Shown here: in pieces, positions 33,956 through 53,116 of the stretch
How the letters are laid out: every line of letters begins with the position of its first letter
Numbering within the stretch: position 1 is the first letter of the stretch
Assembly: GCF_009914755.1 (NCBI RefSeq)
Contig: NC_060947.1
Strand: one strand, 5' to 3'
DNA length: 64,000 bases
DNA from: the human T2T-CHM13v2.0 reference genome, Homo sapiens
Program-made: the position numbers and the translations under genes
Notes under the pieces: generated by a model
What the model was told of the DNA's origin: nothing
The model's database searches: none
The model's input: only the letters and a program-made list of their open reading frames with translations

Positions 33956-35081
33956 GCAGCCAAGATTTCTAAAATTGCAGGGCATCCTTCCTTTGCCTTT
34001 GGTTGTGACTGTGGATAGCGCAGCTTCTGCTATGTCTCTGGCTACAGACCCATTACAAATGCGCACTTACCTTCTGTGCTGAGCTGGTGCTGTGGACCTG
34101 CAGTGATTTCCCTTCTTTCCTGCTGCTGCATAGCCCTCTTTTCCTCTACTCCTGCCCTTTTCTACAGATATCTTTCTGAGCTCTTGTTTAGGAATAAATA
34201 CATTTTATTTATTGTCAAATAATCACAGCCAGGACAGATTGAGTGCTCTAAGATTCTTCCTTTAAGAAGTGTTTTGTAGATACTTCAGGACTTGTTAATG
34301 TCCTGAATATAGAGAGTAGGTTTTAACCATAGAACCTATCCTCCATCGTTTGAGTGACTCATTCTATTTTTGCTTGCACAATGACCCTTTTCATCAACCT
34401 TATTTTATATAAGAAATTAAACTAGTTTGTGGGCCCCTACATGTACTGTGGGTTCCAGTCACCCCAACGACTGATCCTAATGGATGAGTGCACGCATCAT
34501 ACCTCATGTTCCCAGAGGATGGGTAAGAAAACAGCTGGAAAATATTTGACCAATTCACGTTCAAAGAGATGGGAAGGGATGACGATCTAACAGCCTCTTT
34601 CTGATTTTAACTAAGATGTCTCCTCGTCAGGCTGGCTCTTCCTGGAGCTAAACTGCTGGAATCTGAAATTTTGCTTTGCTTCCTGTTGCTAGCTGGCTAA
34701 TCTCACTTGATCACTCTCCGTTTGTGTTAGTTTTGTCATCTGTAAAATGGGAATAACAATGATAACTATCTCATGGGGTTTTCGAATAGATGGAGATGAT
34801 TAAACATGCTGCCTCACATTTCCTGCTTCTGTCAGTTTGTATGTGTTTATTTACAAGGGTCCTTGAAAGGAGAGAGATGATGGCTATTCTCTGGCAGTGG
34901 GCAACAGGGGTAAGATGTTTTATTGTGAAAATAATGGTTCTATAAGTCTTTTTGTACCTATATGTACTTCACTCAGTAAACCTTTGTTGGCTGCTGTGTT
35001 GACAGGGCCCTGTGGCAAGAAATGTGGGGATTGCCACAATGTCTGATCAATGCCTGACCATTGAGATGTAGGTTCTCATAG

Positions 35082-35556
35082 TGTAGTGGGATTGATAAGG
35101 AATCAGAGAGACTGATGGGGTTCAGGAGGATATTTATTATTTAGGTGCACCGGCCCAGTAAGATTAAGATCCAAAGAACTGAGCCCTGAACAAAGAGTTA
35201 AGTTACTTTTTAAGCATTTCGTGGGGCAGGGGGAAGCATATTGCAGAAGTGAGAAACAGAGACAGTTATTCAATTAATTGAGACATGCATTACATCATTT
35301 CTTAGTTTTCAAGGAAAAACATGTTTTATGACTTGAGTTTATCTGTCTAGTGAACTTGCAGCTGCACAGCTAGGGAAACAGGGTCTTCACAATGCCTGGG
35401 AAAGGAGGAGAGATAAGGCTCACTAGCCACAGAAAAACAGGCAGTTAATTTTTAAAGGACTCCAACTCTTTCTCTTTCTCAGGGGAATTGGGTTTTCTTA
35501 CATACGACTGAGTTTCTGCTTACATATTCTTTAATTTCTTTTAATTCCTATTTCCA
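35082..35556 (-). mobile_element. 3' LTR of the provirus
   Basis: TGGAAATAGGAATTAAAAG...CACTACA on the minus strand, preceded by the PPT. Confidence 0.92.
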
Positions 35557-35589
35557 TTCCCCCCTTTGGTGCTTTTTATAACAAAGGTG

Positions 35590-37842
35590 TTAATAGAAAG
35601 CACCACTACTTGCCACCTCTTCGCGGAGCTGAGCTGCTTCTACTGGCAGTGGCTGATATTTGGTTAATGCCATCAACTGTGCGGTAGTGTGTCGGGTTAC
35701 TATTGCCTCTGTAGTTGACTGAATACTCCTAGTAAGCAGGGGTAAAAGGCAAGGGAGGATGAGGCAGTTGCCAAGAATAAGCAAGAACCTACCAATGAGG
35801 GTTTTGAATCCTCCAAAGGCTGAGAACCATCCTCCAAACAAGGAATCCAGGGACCACCCGGATCAAGTCTGAACTAGAACATGGGCCAACTCGCCCATTC
35901 TAGCAGTGATTTCCATAATAGCTTGGCCATTATCATCGATTTCTAGGCAACAGTTGGTTAAATTAAATTTTCTACATACTCCTCCTTCTGAGGCTAAGAG
36001 GTAATCCAAAGCTCATCTATTTTGATGTATAGCATTTCTTATTTGTGTTGCTTGTATTGCCAATAAACCTAGTGCCCTTGGTGTTTCATTGGTTATAATT
36101 TCAAGGACTACCTACAACCTTATGATGCAGTTGAGCATATAGATTGGGGTGCAATATCCCCATGAACCGTCTTGCACCCAGATAGCTGGCTTATAATATT
36201 TAATGATTCTTTCAGGAGACCATTCATTATCTTTTCAGTCTCCTATGTCCACATCTTTTTGACATTTGTGTCTATTTTTGTGATTATGCTTCTTCTAGTT
36301 CTTCTTTTATTTTCATCATAAACTGGATATCCTAAGAGTTCCTCTTGCTTTAGAGGAATTAGAAAGAAGGATGGCTTGATTGTTCCTAACACACATGCCC
36401 CTGTCCATTTAGCCGGCAGTTGCTGATGTACCCATGCTCCACAGATCCATTATAGGCCAGAGGATGCCTTCCAAGCATTTGGAGCCTCTAGCTGATTCCA
36501 AGTGTGGCTTAGAGTAGAGAATCAAGAGAAAGGGTTTGGACCTGGTAAGTAGGAGTCATTCTGGGCATTTCTCCGTAGAGTTTTGTTTTTAGTCTCATCA
36601 TAATGCTGTTGCCCTAGGCAGGTTGTTTCTCCTGCTGCCTCTGTGAAAGCCTTTCCCCATCGGGTGATACAGTACTTTTTAATTACGGAGGTTTTTAACA
36701 ACCAAACACTGGCTGAGGCTGTTGGTTCACTGGCAGGGTTAGGCAAAGTGAAGTTACCTTGTGGCATTAATTCCTTTGCCTCCCATGGCCACTGGTCACC
36801 CATATTAGTTCCTCCACATACATAGCATGAGGAAATTCCTAAGCTGCCAGTTATGTTTTCAGCTAGTTGAGCAAATATGTTTTTGGGTGATGGGGGAAGC
36901 TCAGGCACTGGCTGATCAAAATGCTTATAGAATGACTTATGGACCCAGAATTGGGGGATTGGACACATTTGAGTCCTTCTAGTCTTTTTGACAATCAGTA
37001 GTGGAACTCCAAGGCCTGCTTCTTGTCTATCAACTCATAATAGTGCTGCCTGCCCTGTAGACCAAAAAGGTAGCTCTGGCTTTAAGATAGTAAAATTTAA
37101 AGAATTGCATGTCCTTGTCTTACAATTTAGTTTGACTGACATACTACTTAGCAGAGCAGTCCATCCTGAATATAAGTGTTGGAGCTGTGTTAGCATAGAC
37201 CACTGAATGTTACGGTCCGGGCATCCGATTTGTGGTTCTCCATACAGATGTTTAGGGCTGTTCCTGCTCAGCCTCTCTTGTGTTAAACCATTGCAGGCTG
37301 CTTCTGTTTTTTTTAAGATTATGAACATATGCGGCATGGCAGGCATCAAAGTACAAGGAACTACGCCTTTTATAGGAGGGAGGGGCTTCTTTGGTTCGAG
37401 CTATAAGCTCTCCTTCTTTTTCTCCCTCTGATTTAATATGTACCTCAAACCAGAATTCATAAGGTAAGAGTTTAGGGTCATAACCTACATGTAGCTGATT
37501 ATTTCCTGGGTCACAGAATGAATAGGTGGTCTGGTTGTATGTGCAGATTCCTAACTTGGTTCCTGTACATTCATAGTAGGTATGGTACAGTAGAGTTTTA
37601 ACTATGGTGTTTCTTACCCAGGTAGTGTGTACACAGTATGGGCATCTTTCTAGAGATTTCTCCTTTTTTAGTATAGGCAGAAATGGTAAGAACATTAGTG
37701 TATATAATAGAAACATGCTTACACTACACATGGGCATGGCAAACCTTCCTCTGGGCATAGACATTTGCAGCATTTGCAGTAATAACATAACATAATAACC
37801 AGTATTGACAGAATTATAGCTAGGCTTATAAATTGTATCCAC
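35590..37842 (-). pseudogene. ERV3-like env, multiply disrupted
   Basis: SU fragments (ORFs 37252..37842, 37035..37349, 36522..36968), furin site RRTRR near 36290-36305, TM segment [25 protein letters not shown], and the membrane anchor in ORF 35590..35841. Confidence 0.9.
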
Positions 37843-37940
37843 ATTTGCTTATCCGGAGATGGTCCTTTTAGCTTCGGCTGTGCATAGACTAGTCAGCTTC
37901 CGGGCTGTGACTAGAGCAGAGCTTGCAGGATTCTCAAGCT

Positions 37941-41913
<3,973 letters not shown>

Positions 41914-42607
41914 TCAGTCCTCAAAATTCTTGGCCCCTGCTAAGCCAATCAGATCAGGATCTGCCCTTGATGCACCATGACTAGCAACCGAATAACGCAC
42001 TTGGGTGTTAGACCATTGACCATCATTTCCATCCTTTTCCTTTTTGGGTCACTCATCTTTCCAGTGGCCCATTTTCCTGCACTTTGCACATTGGTTCCTG
42101 TCCAACCAAGATTGGCTTTCCTCTCCTGGTCTTGTCTGCCCCCTTCCTCGACCTCTGCCTTGGCCACGCCCTCTAGCAAATTCAGGGTTACTTTCTGCTA
42201 GTGCAGCAGCTATAAATTGAGCCATCTCTGTTCCTATATCTGGTTTTTCTTTCTTCCTTTGGTTGGGCTGCCTGAGCCACTAATGCCTTATAATATCTCT
42301 TTAGACAGGGCTGTAGACACTTGGGGTGAGTTTGTGCTACACTGAGCCAAGAGTCTATATAGGGAAACTGGTCTGGGTATCCTGGTTGTCTTCCAACTCC
42401 GGTGACCACGTTAAACACACGGCCAATTAATTTTCTGTCTATTGTACCTTCAGAGGGCCACCCCACATTGAAAGCAGGCCAATCTATTTCACAGTATGTC
42501 CTTAACTTTTGAGCATCCAGTTTCATCCCATAATCACCTCTAAATCCTTTTTTAAAATTCTTTATCACGCACTCCAAAGGAGTTGGCTTCGACACTTTTC
42601 CTCCCAT
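41914..42607 (-). pseudogene. ERV gag with the capsid region deleted
   Basis: MGGKVSKPTPLEC (myristoylation Gly; MA motif WPSEGT) is joined near 42250 to an RG-rich NC with knuckle CAKCRKMGHWKDE. The gag stop TGA at 41916-41914 precedes pro. Confidence 0.85.
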
Positions 42608-43352
42608 TTCCTCCCTTGCAGTGCACTTTCCCTCTCACTTTCACTCTCAGATCCACCAGACCAGGTCCTTTTATGGGAGTTTCAGACACTGCTTAGCCAG
42701 GAATGTGCCTTCCCCTGTCACAGCCTGCTGTGGCTGTGAAACTGGTCCCATTGGCCGTATGCGGCATCCTAGGTCTGATTTCTTCCACGCTCACCTTGGA
42801 GTACACAGCCTGCCCTAAGGGATCTGTGCCTCCTCACGTTACTCCCCGCATTGGCCTCTCCCAAGACCATCTCTTTCATACACTTTCACACACCTCCCCT
42901 GCCCAGGACTCCTCATCAGACGAAACGAGCCTCTCTCATGTCCTGGGTGGGTTCACACACACCCACACACTCCCAGTTCCTGTCTCCAGATCCAGTAAAC
43001 CACTTTCACTTTGTTAATGGGGACACGAGGTTCATCCAAATTAGCAAGCCTCTCCTGCCACCCCCAGCTGCTCTGGGTTGGATTAGTGGTCATTCCCTGG
43101 GAGGTGATCATCCTTATGGGACAGGCTTCCCTGCCTTAGGCACTTGCTCCTTACTACAGTTCCTGAAGTGCTGGCATCGTCCTGCAGCCCTGTTCCTGGT
43201 TCTGTTGCATTGCCGGGCAGTCTGCTGGGATGTGGGGAGAGCCAGTCTCTGTCTGGGTGAAGCTCCCCTGTGGCGTGCCTTGGATGCTGGGTCTCCCCAG
43301 CCCTGGGGCTCTAGTCCCCCAGGCAAATGAGACAGTAAATCTGTTGTCTCCA

Positions 43353-43370
43353 ATCCCAGGCGAGTTCCCA
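43353..43370 (-). other. Primer-binding site, tRNA-Pro-like
   Basis: TGGGAACTCGCCTGGGAT matches the tRNA-Pro PBS TGGGGGCTCGTCCGGGAT at 14/18 positions. Confidence 0.7.
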
Positions 43371-43374
43371 GAAA

Positions 43375-43853
43375 TGTTACGAGATTTTTAAGGAATCAGA
43401 GAGACCAATGGGGCTCAGGAGGATATTTATTAATTATTTAGGTGCACTGGTCCAGTCGGATTAACATCCAAAGGACTGAGCCCTGAACAGAGTTAAGTTA
43501 CCTTTTAAGCATTTCGTGGGTCGGGGGAGATCTGTGCAGAGGAAAGTATACTACAGAAGTGAGAAACAAAGGCAATTGAGACATGCATTATATCATTTTT
43601 TACTTTTCAAGGAAAAACATGTTTTGCAACTTGAGTTTTTCTGTCTAGTGACCTTGCAGCTGCACAGCTAAGGAGACAGGGTCTTCACAATGCCTGGGAA
43701 AGTGGGAGAGATAAGGCTCACTAGCCACAGAAAAACAGGCAGTTAATTTTAAAGGACTTCAGCTCTTTCTCTTTCTTAGGGGGAATTGGGTTTTCTTACA
43801 TACAACTGAGTTTCTGCTTGCACACTCTTTAATTTCTTTTAATTCCTGTTCCA
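43375..43853 (-). mobile_element. 5' LTR of the provirus
   Basis: TGGAACAGGAATTAAAAGAAATT...CGTAACA on the minus strand, followed directly by the PBS. Confidence 0.92.
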
Positions 43854-44328
43854 TACATACACTGGAATATTCTTTTGGAATGTGTTCTTCCTTTTCTTTC
43901 TAAGGGATACAGGCACAGAAATTTGTGGCCTATAGCTGACTGTCCTGTTGAGAATTACTGAACTGAACTGAGCTGGTTGAGAACTTTGTTATAACTTTCA
44001 CATTTTATTGTACTTTTGACAAAGGGCAAAAGAAAAGTTAAGTTCTGTGTAGAATAAACCCAAAGCTATGTTTGCATAATCTTATCAGTTGTTTTGTATG
44101 TTGGCAGATACTATCTTTACTTTCAGAAAACACAGAGAGATCAATTATTATACTTGATCTACAGAGTGCTCAGATAATATAATAAAGTAAGTATGTGATT
44201 TCTACTATGATCCCAAAGAATTATATTCACAAAGGCAGTAGATAAAAGGTAGGGAAAACAATGAGAACATCCAGTATTACTTATACAAGAAAACAATGTG
44301 ATTTCCCATGTGTTTAAGAGTTTCATTG

Positions 44329-44622
<294 letters not shown>

Positions 44623-45181
44623 AAGAGTTTCATTGATACATTATGTGCATCTTCTTTTGTGCCACTTACCACATGGTTACATGGAGGAGTGTTTTGTTTA
44701 GCATATACATTTTCCTTCTCATGCTAATGTATTTTGTTTTTAGAGGCTAAAAAGCAGTCAAGGTCCAGGGAGCCCACTCTTTTCTTTTACCTTACAGACC
44801 TTGGTGTTTGCGGTGGGTCTATAGGGTAATCATAGAGTTTTCAGGCTAAGCCTGTAAGAGTGGTCCACCGTAGATATGACCTTGGACCTGACTGGAAAAG
44901 AGAAAAACATCAACATCACCATCAGATATTCAGCCATTAGAGGAACAGCTTTGCCACAGTATTTTAGTTCTGCACAAGGCACTATTCAATGAGGCAGTCC
45001 ACTGTGTGGCAAACACACCTGTTCAAGTGAGGCTGGATTGTTCTGAGAGGTCTTAAGATTTCATGACTCTCAAGGATCTGCCCACCTGGGACTGACCAGC
45101 ACAGTACTCAGGGTCTATGGACTTCAATGTTGGAGGATGGACCTCAGCTTGGTAAAATCCTGGGCTATAACCACCTCCTCT

Positions 45182-45737
45182 TGTAACCAAAAAGCAGGTT
45201 AATTGGACTTAGAGTCCAATTAACAAGAGCAAGGCCTTGTACAAGAAAAGTGAATTTATTTCCGAAGCTAGCTAGGGGAAGGGGCATAAAGTGTCTTGTT
45301 TTAAATGTGATGCTTCACCTTTGTAGCAAAAGTGAAATCTTTTCTAAGTTGACCAGAGAAGTGAGCAAGGGCAGGGGGTCTCCCTGCTACCCTGGTTTCT
45401 TATCTACCAGACAGTTGAGTTGGTGCCTTTCTGGGCAGAAATAAGTTGTAAAAGTGGCTAAATGGAAAGCATGCCCTCCTGAGGTGACCCTCTGGAGGTG
45501 GGATTTCTGTGGGGACATGCTTTGATCTGCACTTCAACTATCAACTCTAGAGGAGAGCTCCATCTTGGGGCACACGGATGAACTTGCGCTGTAGGGAAAG
45601 TCTGGTGACTGGGAGGAGAGAGGTTATTTTGCATTTCAAAAAGGGCTAAATAGGAAGCAGGGGGAAAGGAGAAAGGAGAAAAGAACAGAAAAAAATAATT
45701 AAACTACCACTTAGAAAAATGGGGGTACTTGGTTACA
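45182..45737 (-). mobile_element. ERV1-class solo LTR (possibly LTR19-like)
   Basis: TGTAACC...GGTTACA inverted termini; TSD CTCT. Confidence 0.8.
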
Positions 45738-46608
45738 CTCTTATTTCTGAGGTCAGTGTGGTGCCCTTTATCTTGAAAGGATTTAACTTCGGCTATAGTT
45801 GCTTAGAACTTACTAAATCTAACTTTGAATCATATTTTAAGTTAGAAAGTATTTTGCTGTCCCCTGCTTGGCCTTTCTAGTTATCTTTTCACATGAACAT
45901 GCTTTATCTTTCCAACTAGGTTGTGAGGATGGAAACATTAGTTCATTCAGCTTTTCTTCCCCATAGTGCCAGACACCTAGGTACTTTAAAGGTGTTGACA
46001 AGCTATCTACTGGCTGAGTGGCTTATTTGAGAAAAATACAATGTCAGAATTTCACCTGCACTTCATTGCTGGGAGCCATCAGCTTGCTAGACGTAGACAT
46101 GAAGAGGAGAAAGCATGAAGAGAATGGGCAAGGGGGAGGAGGGAATGAGGGAAGAAGATAACTAAGGGATGGTGTAATAGGGAGGGCAGAGAAGAGATGG
46201 GAGAAATTGAGTTGTATGACTTCAGAGCAAGTGTCCTTAAACATAGGGCATATTAGGAAAGACTATGCCCCCTTAAAGTTTGGATGGAACCTAAAATCTG
46301 TACACTTGTCAGCTAAATTGGTCTCCTTTGATAATATTGGCAACATGTGTCACGAAGATTAGACACAGAAATTGGAGAGATTGTAAGAAGTGTGCAGAAA
46401 ATATTTCCATGGAAGATCCAGCCTAGTTGGCAGCCTCAGGTAGGATCATAATTGAAATGCTAGAATGTTACAGTAGGCATTGTTCCAGGGCTAAAACTTG
46501 TTATTCATAACTTCAACTCTAATTTTATTCACTTGAATTTTCAGAGTGCAGCTGTAAGGGGCCACAAAAGGTTCCCTGGCTTAGTTGCTATTCTGTAATT
46601 ACATGTAA

Positions 46609-46975
<367 letters not shown>

Positions 46976-47209
46976 TGTGCAAGGCTTTTCTTGAGAGCAT
47001 GTGCTGAGACAATTTTTTATTTCAAATCACAGAATTAAGAATTATGTCATTGGTTAGAAGGGTAGAGCATAACTTACATTAGTATATTTGCAATGACGTA
47101 TTTGCTTTCCTGAGGTAGTGTGAGGAATAAGAAGGCAATAGATATTCATATTTCTGAGTGTACTTTTATAAAGTGAAACACTTTTGAAACTCACTGTTTA
47201 AACAATAAC

Positions 47210-47500
47210 AAAAAACAAATATTGTATGTTCTTACTCATAAGTGGGAGCTAAGCTATGAGGATGCAAAGGCATAAGAATGATACATTGGAGTTTGGGGAC
47301 TCGGAGGAAAGGGTGGGAGTGGGGTGGGGGACAAAAGACTACAAATTGGGTTCGGTGTATACTGCTTGATTGATGGGTGTCCTAAAATCCCACAGATCAC
47401 CACTAAACAACTTACTCATGTAACCAAATACCACCTGTTCCCCAAATACCTATGGAAATAAAAAAACAACTTAATAAATAAATTCTAAAAATAATAACAA
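47210..47500 (+). mobile_element. L1PB/L1MA 3' end
   Basis: ATGTTCTTACTCATAAGTGGGAGCTAAGCTATGAGG...CCTATGGAAATAAAAAA. Confidence 0.8.
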
Positions 47501-48453
47501 AACTCACAAATCTAAAGAAACTTAAATGAAAACCTGGCCAAAGGTTTTACCATTTTTAGCTTCTGAGTTATGCTTTTGTTTTATTTTAACTGATATTCTT
47601 GAAATATTTAATTTTATAAAACTAAACTTTGAAATGTGAATGTCTTTTCCCTTGACATCACTCGCAGTATCAAAAAGAAGTAAATGTATTGCTGTGTATG
47701 TTTAGTTATATCTATGATTATATGTATTTCATGTGCAGTTGTACATATGAATTTAGAGTTGTCATTTTCAATTAATTTATAAAATTTTTACAGTTCTATG
47801 TTACTCCTATAATTGGTATGTGACAAACCTCTCAGTGTTCCTTCTACAGATATCCAACTTTAGATACTGATAATAAGAATTAAATTAATAGCTTTCGTCA
47901 CTTACTGAGTCCCTGCTCTTTACCTGCCAGGCGCAGTGTTAGACATGCATGCATTGCGTCTTTCACTTGTCACAGCAATGGTGTAAGGTAGATGTTATTC
48001 CTATCCTCACCTTTCTACCTATCTCCTACTAAGGCAGCACAATGTATCTCAGCTGATTTAAGGAGTTAAATTTAGGTAACATCAAATCAAGTAGAAGTAT
48101 AGAATTTAAAAATCATCAGTGCAATTATTTGATAAAGCATAATGTCAACTCTGGAAGAAGGATAACTTTTAAAGTTATGAAGCAATAAAAAAATCAGAAA
48201 GAAAAATATGGACCACAAAACTAAGAAAAAGAGGAAAACAACAGAATGGGGAAATATTTGTAGTGAAAAACGTAAGCATTAGTTATTTTAAATGTATTTT
48301 TTAAGTTATTAAACATTGGAAGAATACCACCAAATGTCCAAACGTTCAGTGAAGAATAAAACAAATCACAGAACAAAAAGCACATAGAAGAGCCTTAAAA
48401 AAGGTGTTAACTTCACTATGCAACAAGGAACTATAAATATATTTTTAAATTAA

Positions 48454-48762
<309 letters not shown>

Positions 48763-49029
48763 TAGTTAGTATAAATATAACAGTGTCATTTCATACCTAA
48801 TTAATAAATAAAGACAAGCTGAAAATGATAAAATACAACGTTCCTGTGGCTGTGGGGAAAAACATGTATTGCAAATGGCAATGATAATAACAATAACCAA
48901 TATTGTGCCCACTTTCCTCTTGTGCCCACATCTCTGTGCAGAGGAACTACTGTTTACCCCATTTTGTAGATCAGATGACTGTGACTCAGAAGGGAGGGGT
49001 AAGTGGTCCCCCATCACACAGTTAGTATG

Positions 49030-49447
49030 GTGTTTTAGTCCATTTTTGTGTTACTGTAAAGGAACACCTGAGGCTGGGTAATTTATAAAGAAAAGAGGTT
49101 TATTTGGTTCATCGTTCTGTAGGCTGTACAAGAAGGATGACACCAGCATCTGCTTCTGGTGAGGGCTTCAGGAAGCTTCCACTCATGGAGGAAGGGGAGC
49201 AAGTGTATGTCAATCACATGGTGACAGGAAGGAACAAAAGATAGGGGAGGAGGTTTCAGGCTTTTTTAACAAGCAGATCTCAGGGGAAATAATAGAGTGT
49301 GAACTCACTCATTATACCAGGTCAGCACCATGCCATTCATGAGGGACTCAACCCCATGATCCAAACATTTCCTGCCAAGTCTCACCTCCAACACTGGGGA
49401 TTAAATTTTGACATGAGATTTGCAGGGGACAAATATCCAAACTAGCC
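49030..49447 (-). mobile_element. MST-type MaLR LTR
   Basis: TTAGTCCATTTTTGTGTTACTGTAAAGGAACACCTGAGGCTGGGTAA...GGGGACAAATATCCAAACTA. Confidence 0.85.
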
Positions 49448-49517
49448 TAATAGAGCTTTGTTGAAGTTAAAAACGCTATGTTCCTTTTTTTTATTTTACA
49501 TAAAACCATTTGGAAGC

Positions 49518-50613
<1,096 letters not shown>

Positions 50614-51095
50614 TCATTATGTGTCAGGAAACAACCTTAAGCAAATTACAAGATACGAATGCAGACATTAAAATGAAAACTATGAAGAAAATGATAAAAT
50701 GTTGAAAAGCATTTCTGAAATAGTGTTAAATGGAAAAACTGGACCACACTATTGGATACTGAAAGTAATCGTTCACTGAGTTAGGTCCAAGAGCTGAATT
50801 GAGTCAGAGAAGTTATGTGATTTGGGGAAATTTCTAGTAAGAAACTTTTCAATGGAAATCTTAATTGCCCGACTTTTGTGGCACCAGAATGTATACTTTC
50901 ACATAAAAGCCAATTTTGCAATTGTGGTTCATTTGCCAGACTCCTGATTGGTGGGACTTTAGGTCCTCAGAGAACAACCCCACCTCTCCTATTCCCAACT
51001 CTCCCACCTCCAAATGGCGCACGATGTTCTTGCCATTTCCGGAGAGCAGCCTGTGTTTCTTGAATGGGAAGTGAGGGGAGGCCAGAGCACACCAA

Positions 51096-52113
<1,018 letters not shown>

Positions 52114-53116
52114 TAGCTTCAGGGACATCCAGCTTCCATTCATTACCGGTCTTCCCAATCTGTGACCCTGCAGCATGGACTAGCACATGACTGCCACTTA
52201 GAGCACCCATGCAGGACTCCGGAGGGGAGCCAATAGGGAGTAGGGGTTGTGCAGGAATGTATTATGGTCTGTGTTCATTCGACTCTACATGAAGGCCCTT
52301 CCCAATTATATCAATAACTTTTTAAGAGATTTCAACACTAAAAAAAGCTTTTAATCACTAATGTGTTTTTGGAAGGACCTGAATTATGTACTTTTAAAAT
52401 TAATTTTTCTCGTGAATAAACTAGTTATTATTTTTAGTTAATACAGATTTGTACGGATTTGATACCCAACTGAGGAACTGGCTTTGTGGGTCCCACTAAC
52501 AACTGGCTTGACAAGCTTTATGATGATGAATTGTTCCTATTTTTATAGGAAGGAGTTTGATATTAGGCCACTGTGCATATGGAAAATTTCCCAAACTCCT
52601 GGATTAGTCAATTGGAATTTTAAATTGGAAAATGCTCTCATAAATAGACGATTGTTTCTTGTTTTATCTCACTGGGAACAACTTGACAGTTGTGTCTTCT
52701 AACAGGTAGAAACGTGGTTGCAGCTTGTGGGGGTGGGGGTATTCTGATGACCAAAAAGCACAGGGTGAAATGGAGTGATGTGACCATTCCAGGGTGCTTT
52801 CTAGCTAAAGATCCTGTGTGTGTGCATGCATGCCTACATGCACGTGTGTCTGCAAAAGAGAGAAGGAACAGCCAAAAATATAAGCTCATGGTTTGGAAGG
52901 AGAATTCAAGTGCTCTGCTGACCACCAAGTTCCTAGGGAAACAGGTTGTGAGAGGGATTGAGAACAAGGAAGCCTCAGAATTTGGTCAACAACCCAGATC
53001 TCTCAGCACAGCCAATGGCTCATTGTGCCATATTTTAAATGCAATTGAACTGTCAATTCACATCCATGCATGAAAGACAAGAAGCATTATTATTCCTGTA
53101 TTATCATACAGGAAGC

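Noticed and set aside
35590-37842. Domesticated env (syncytin/ERV3-1-like gene)
   Set aside because: Multiple frameshifts and stops, including one in the immunosuppressive domain.
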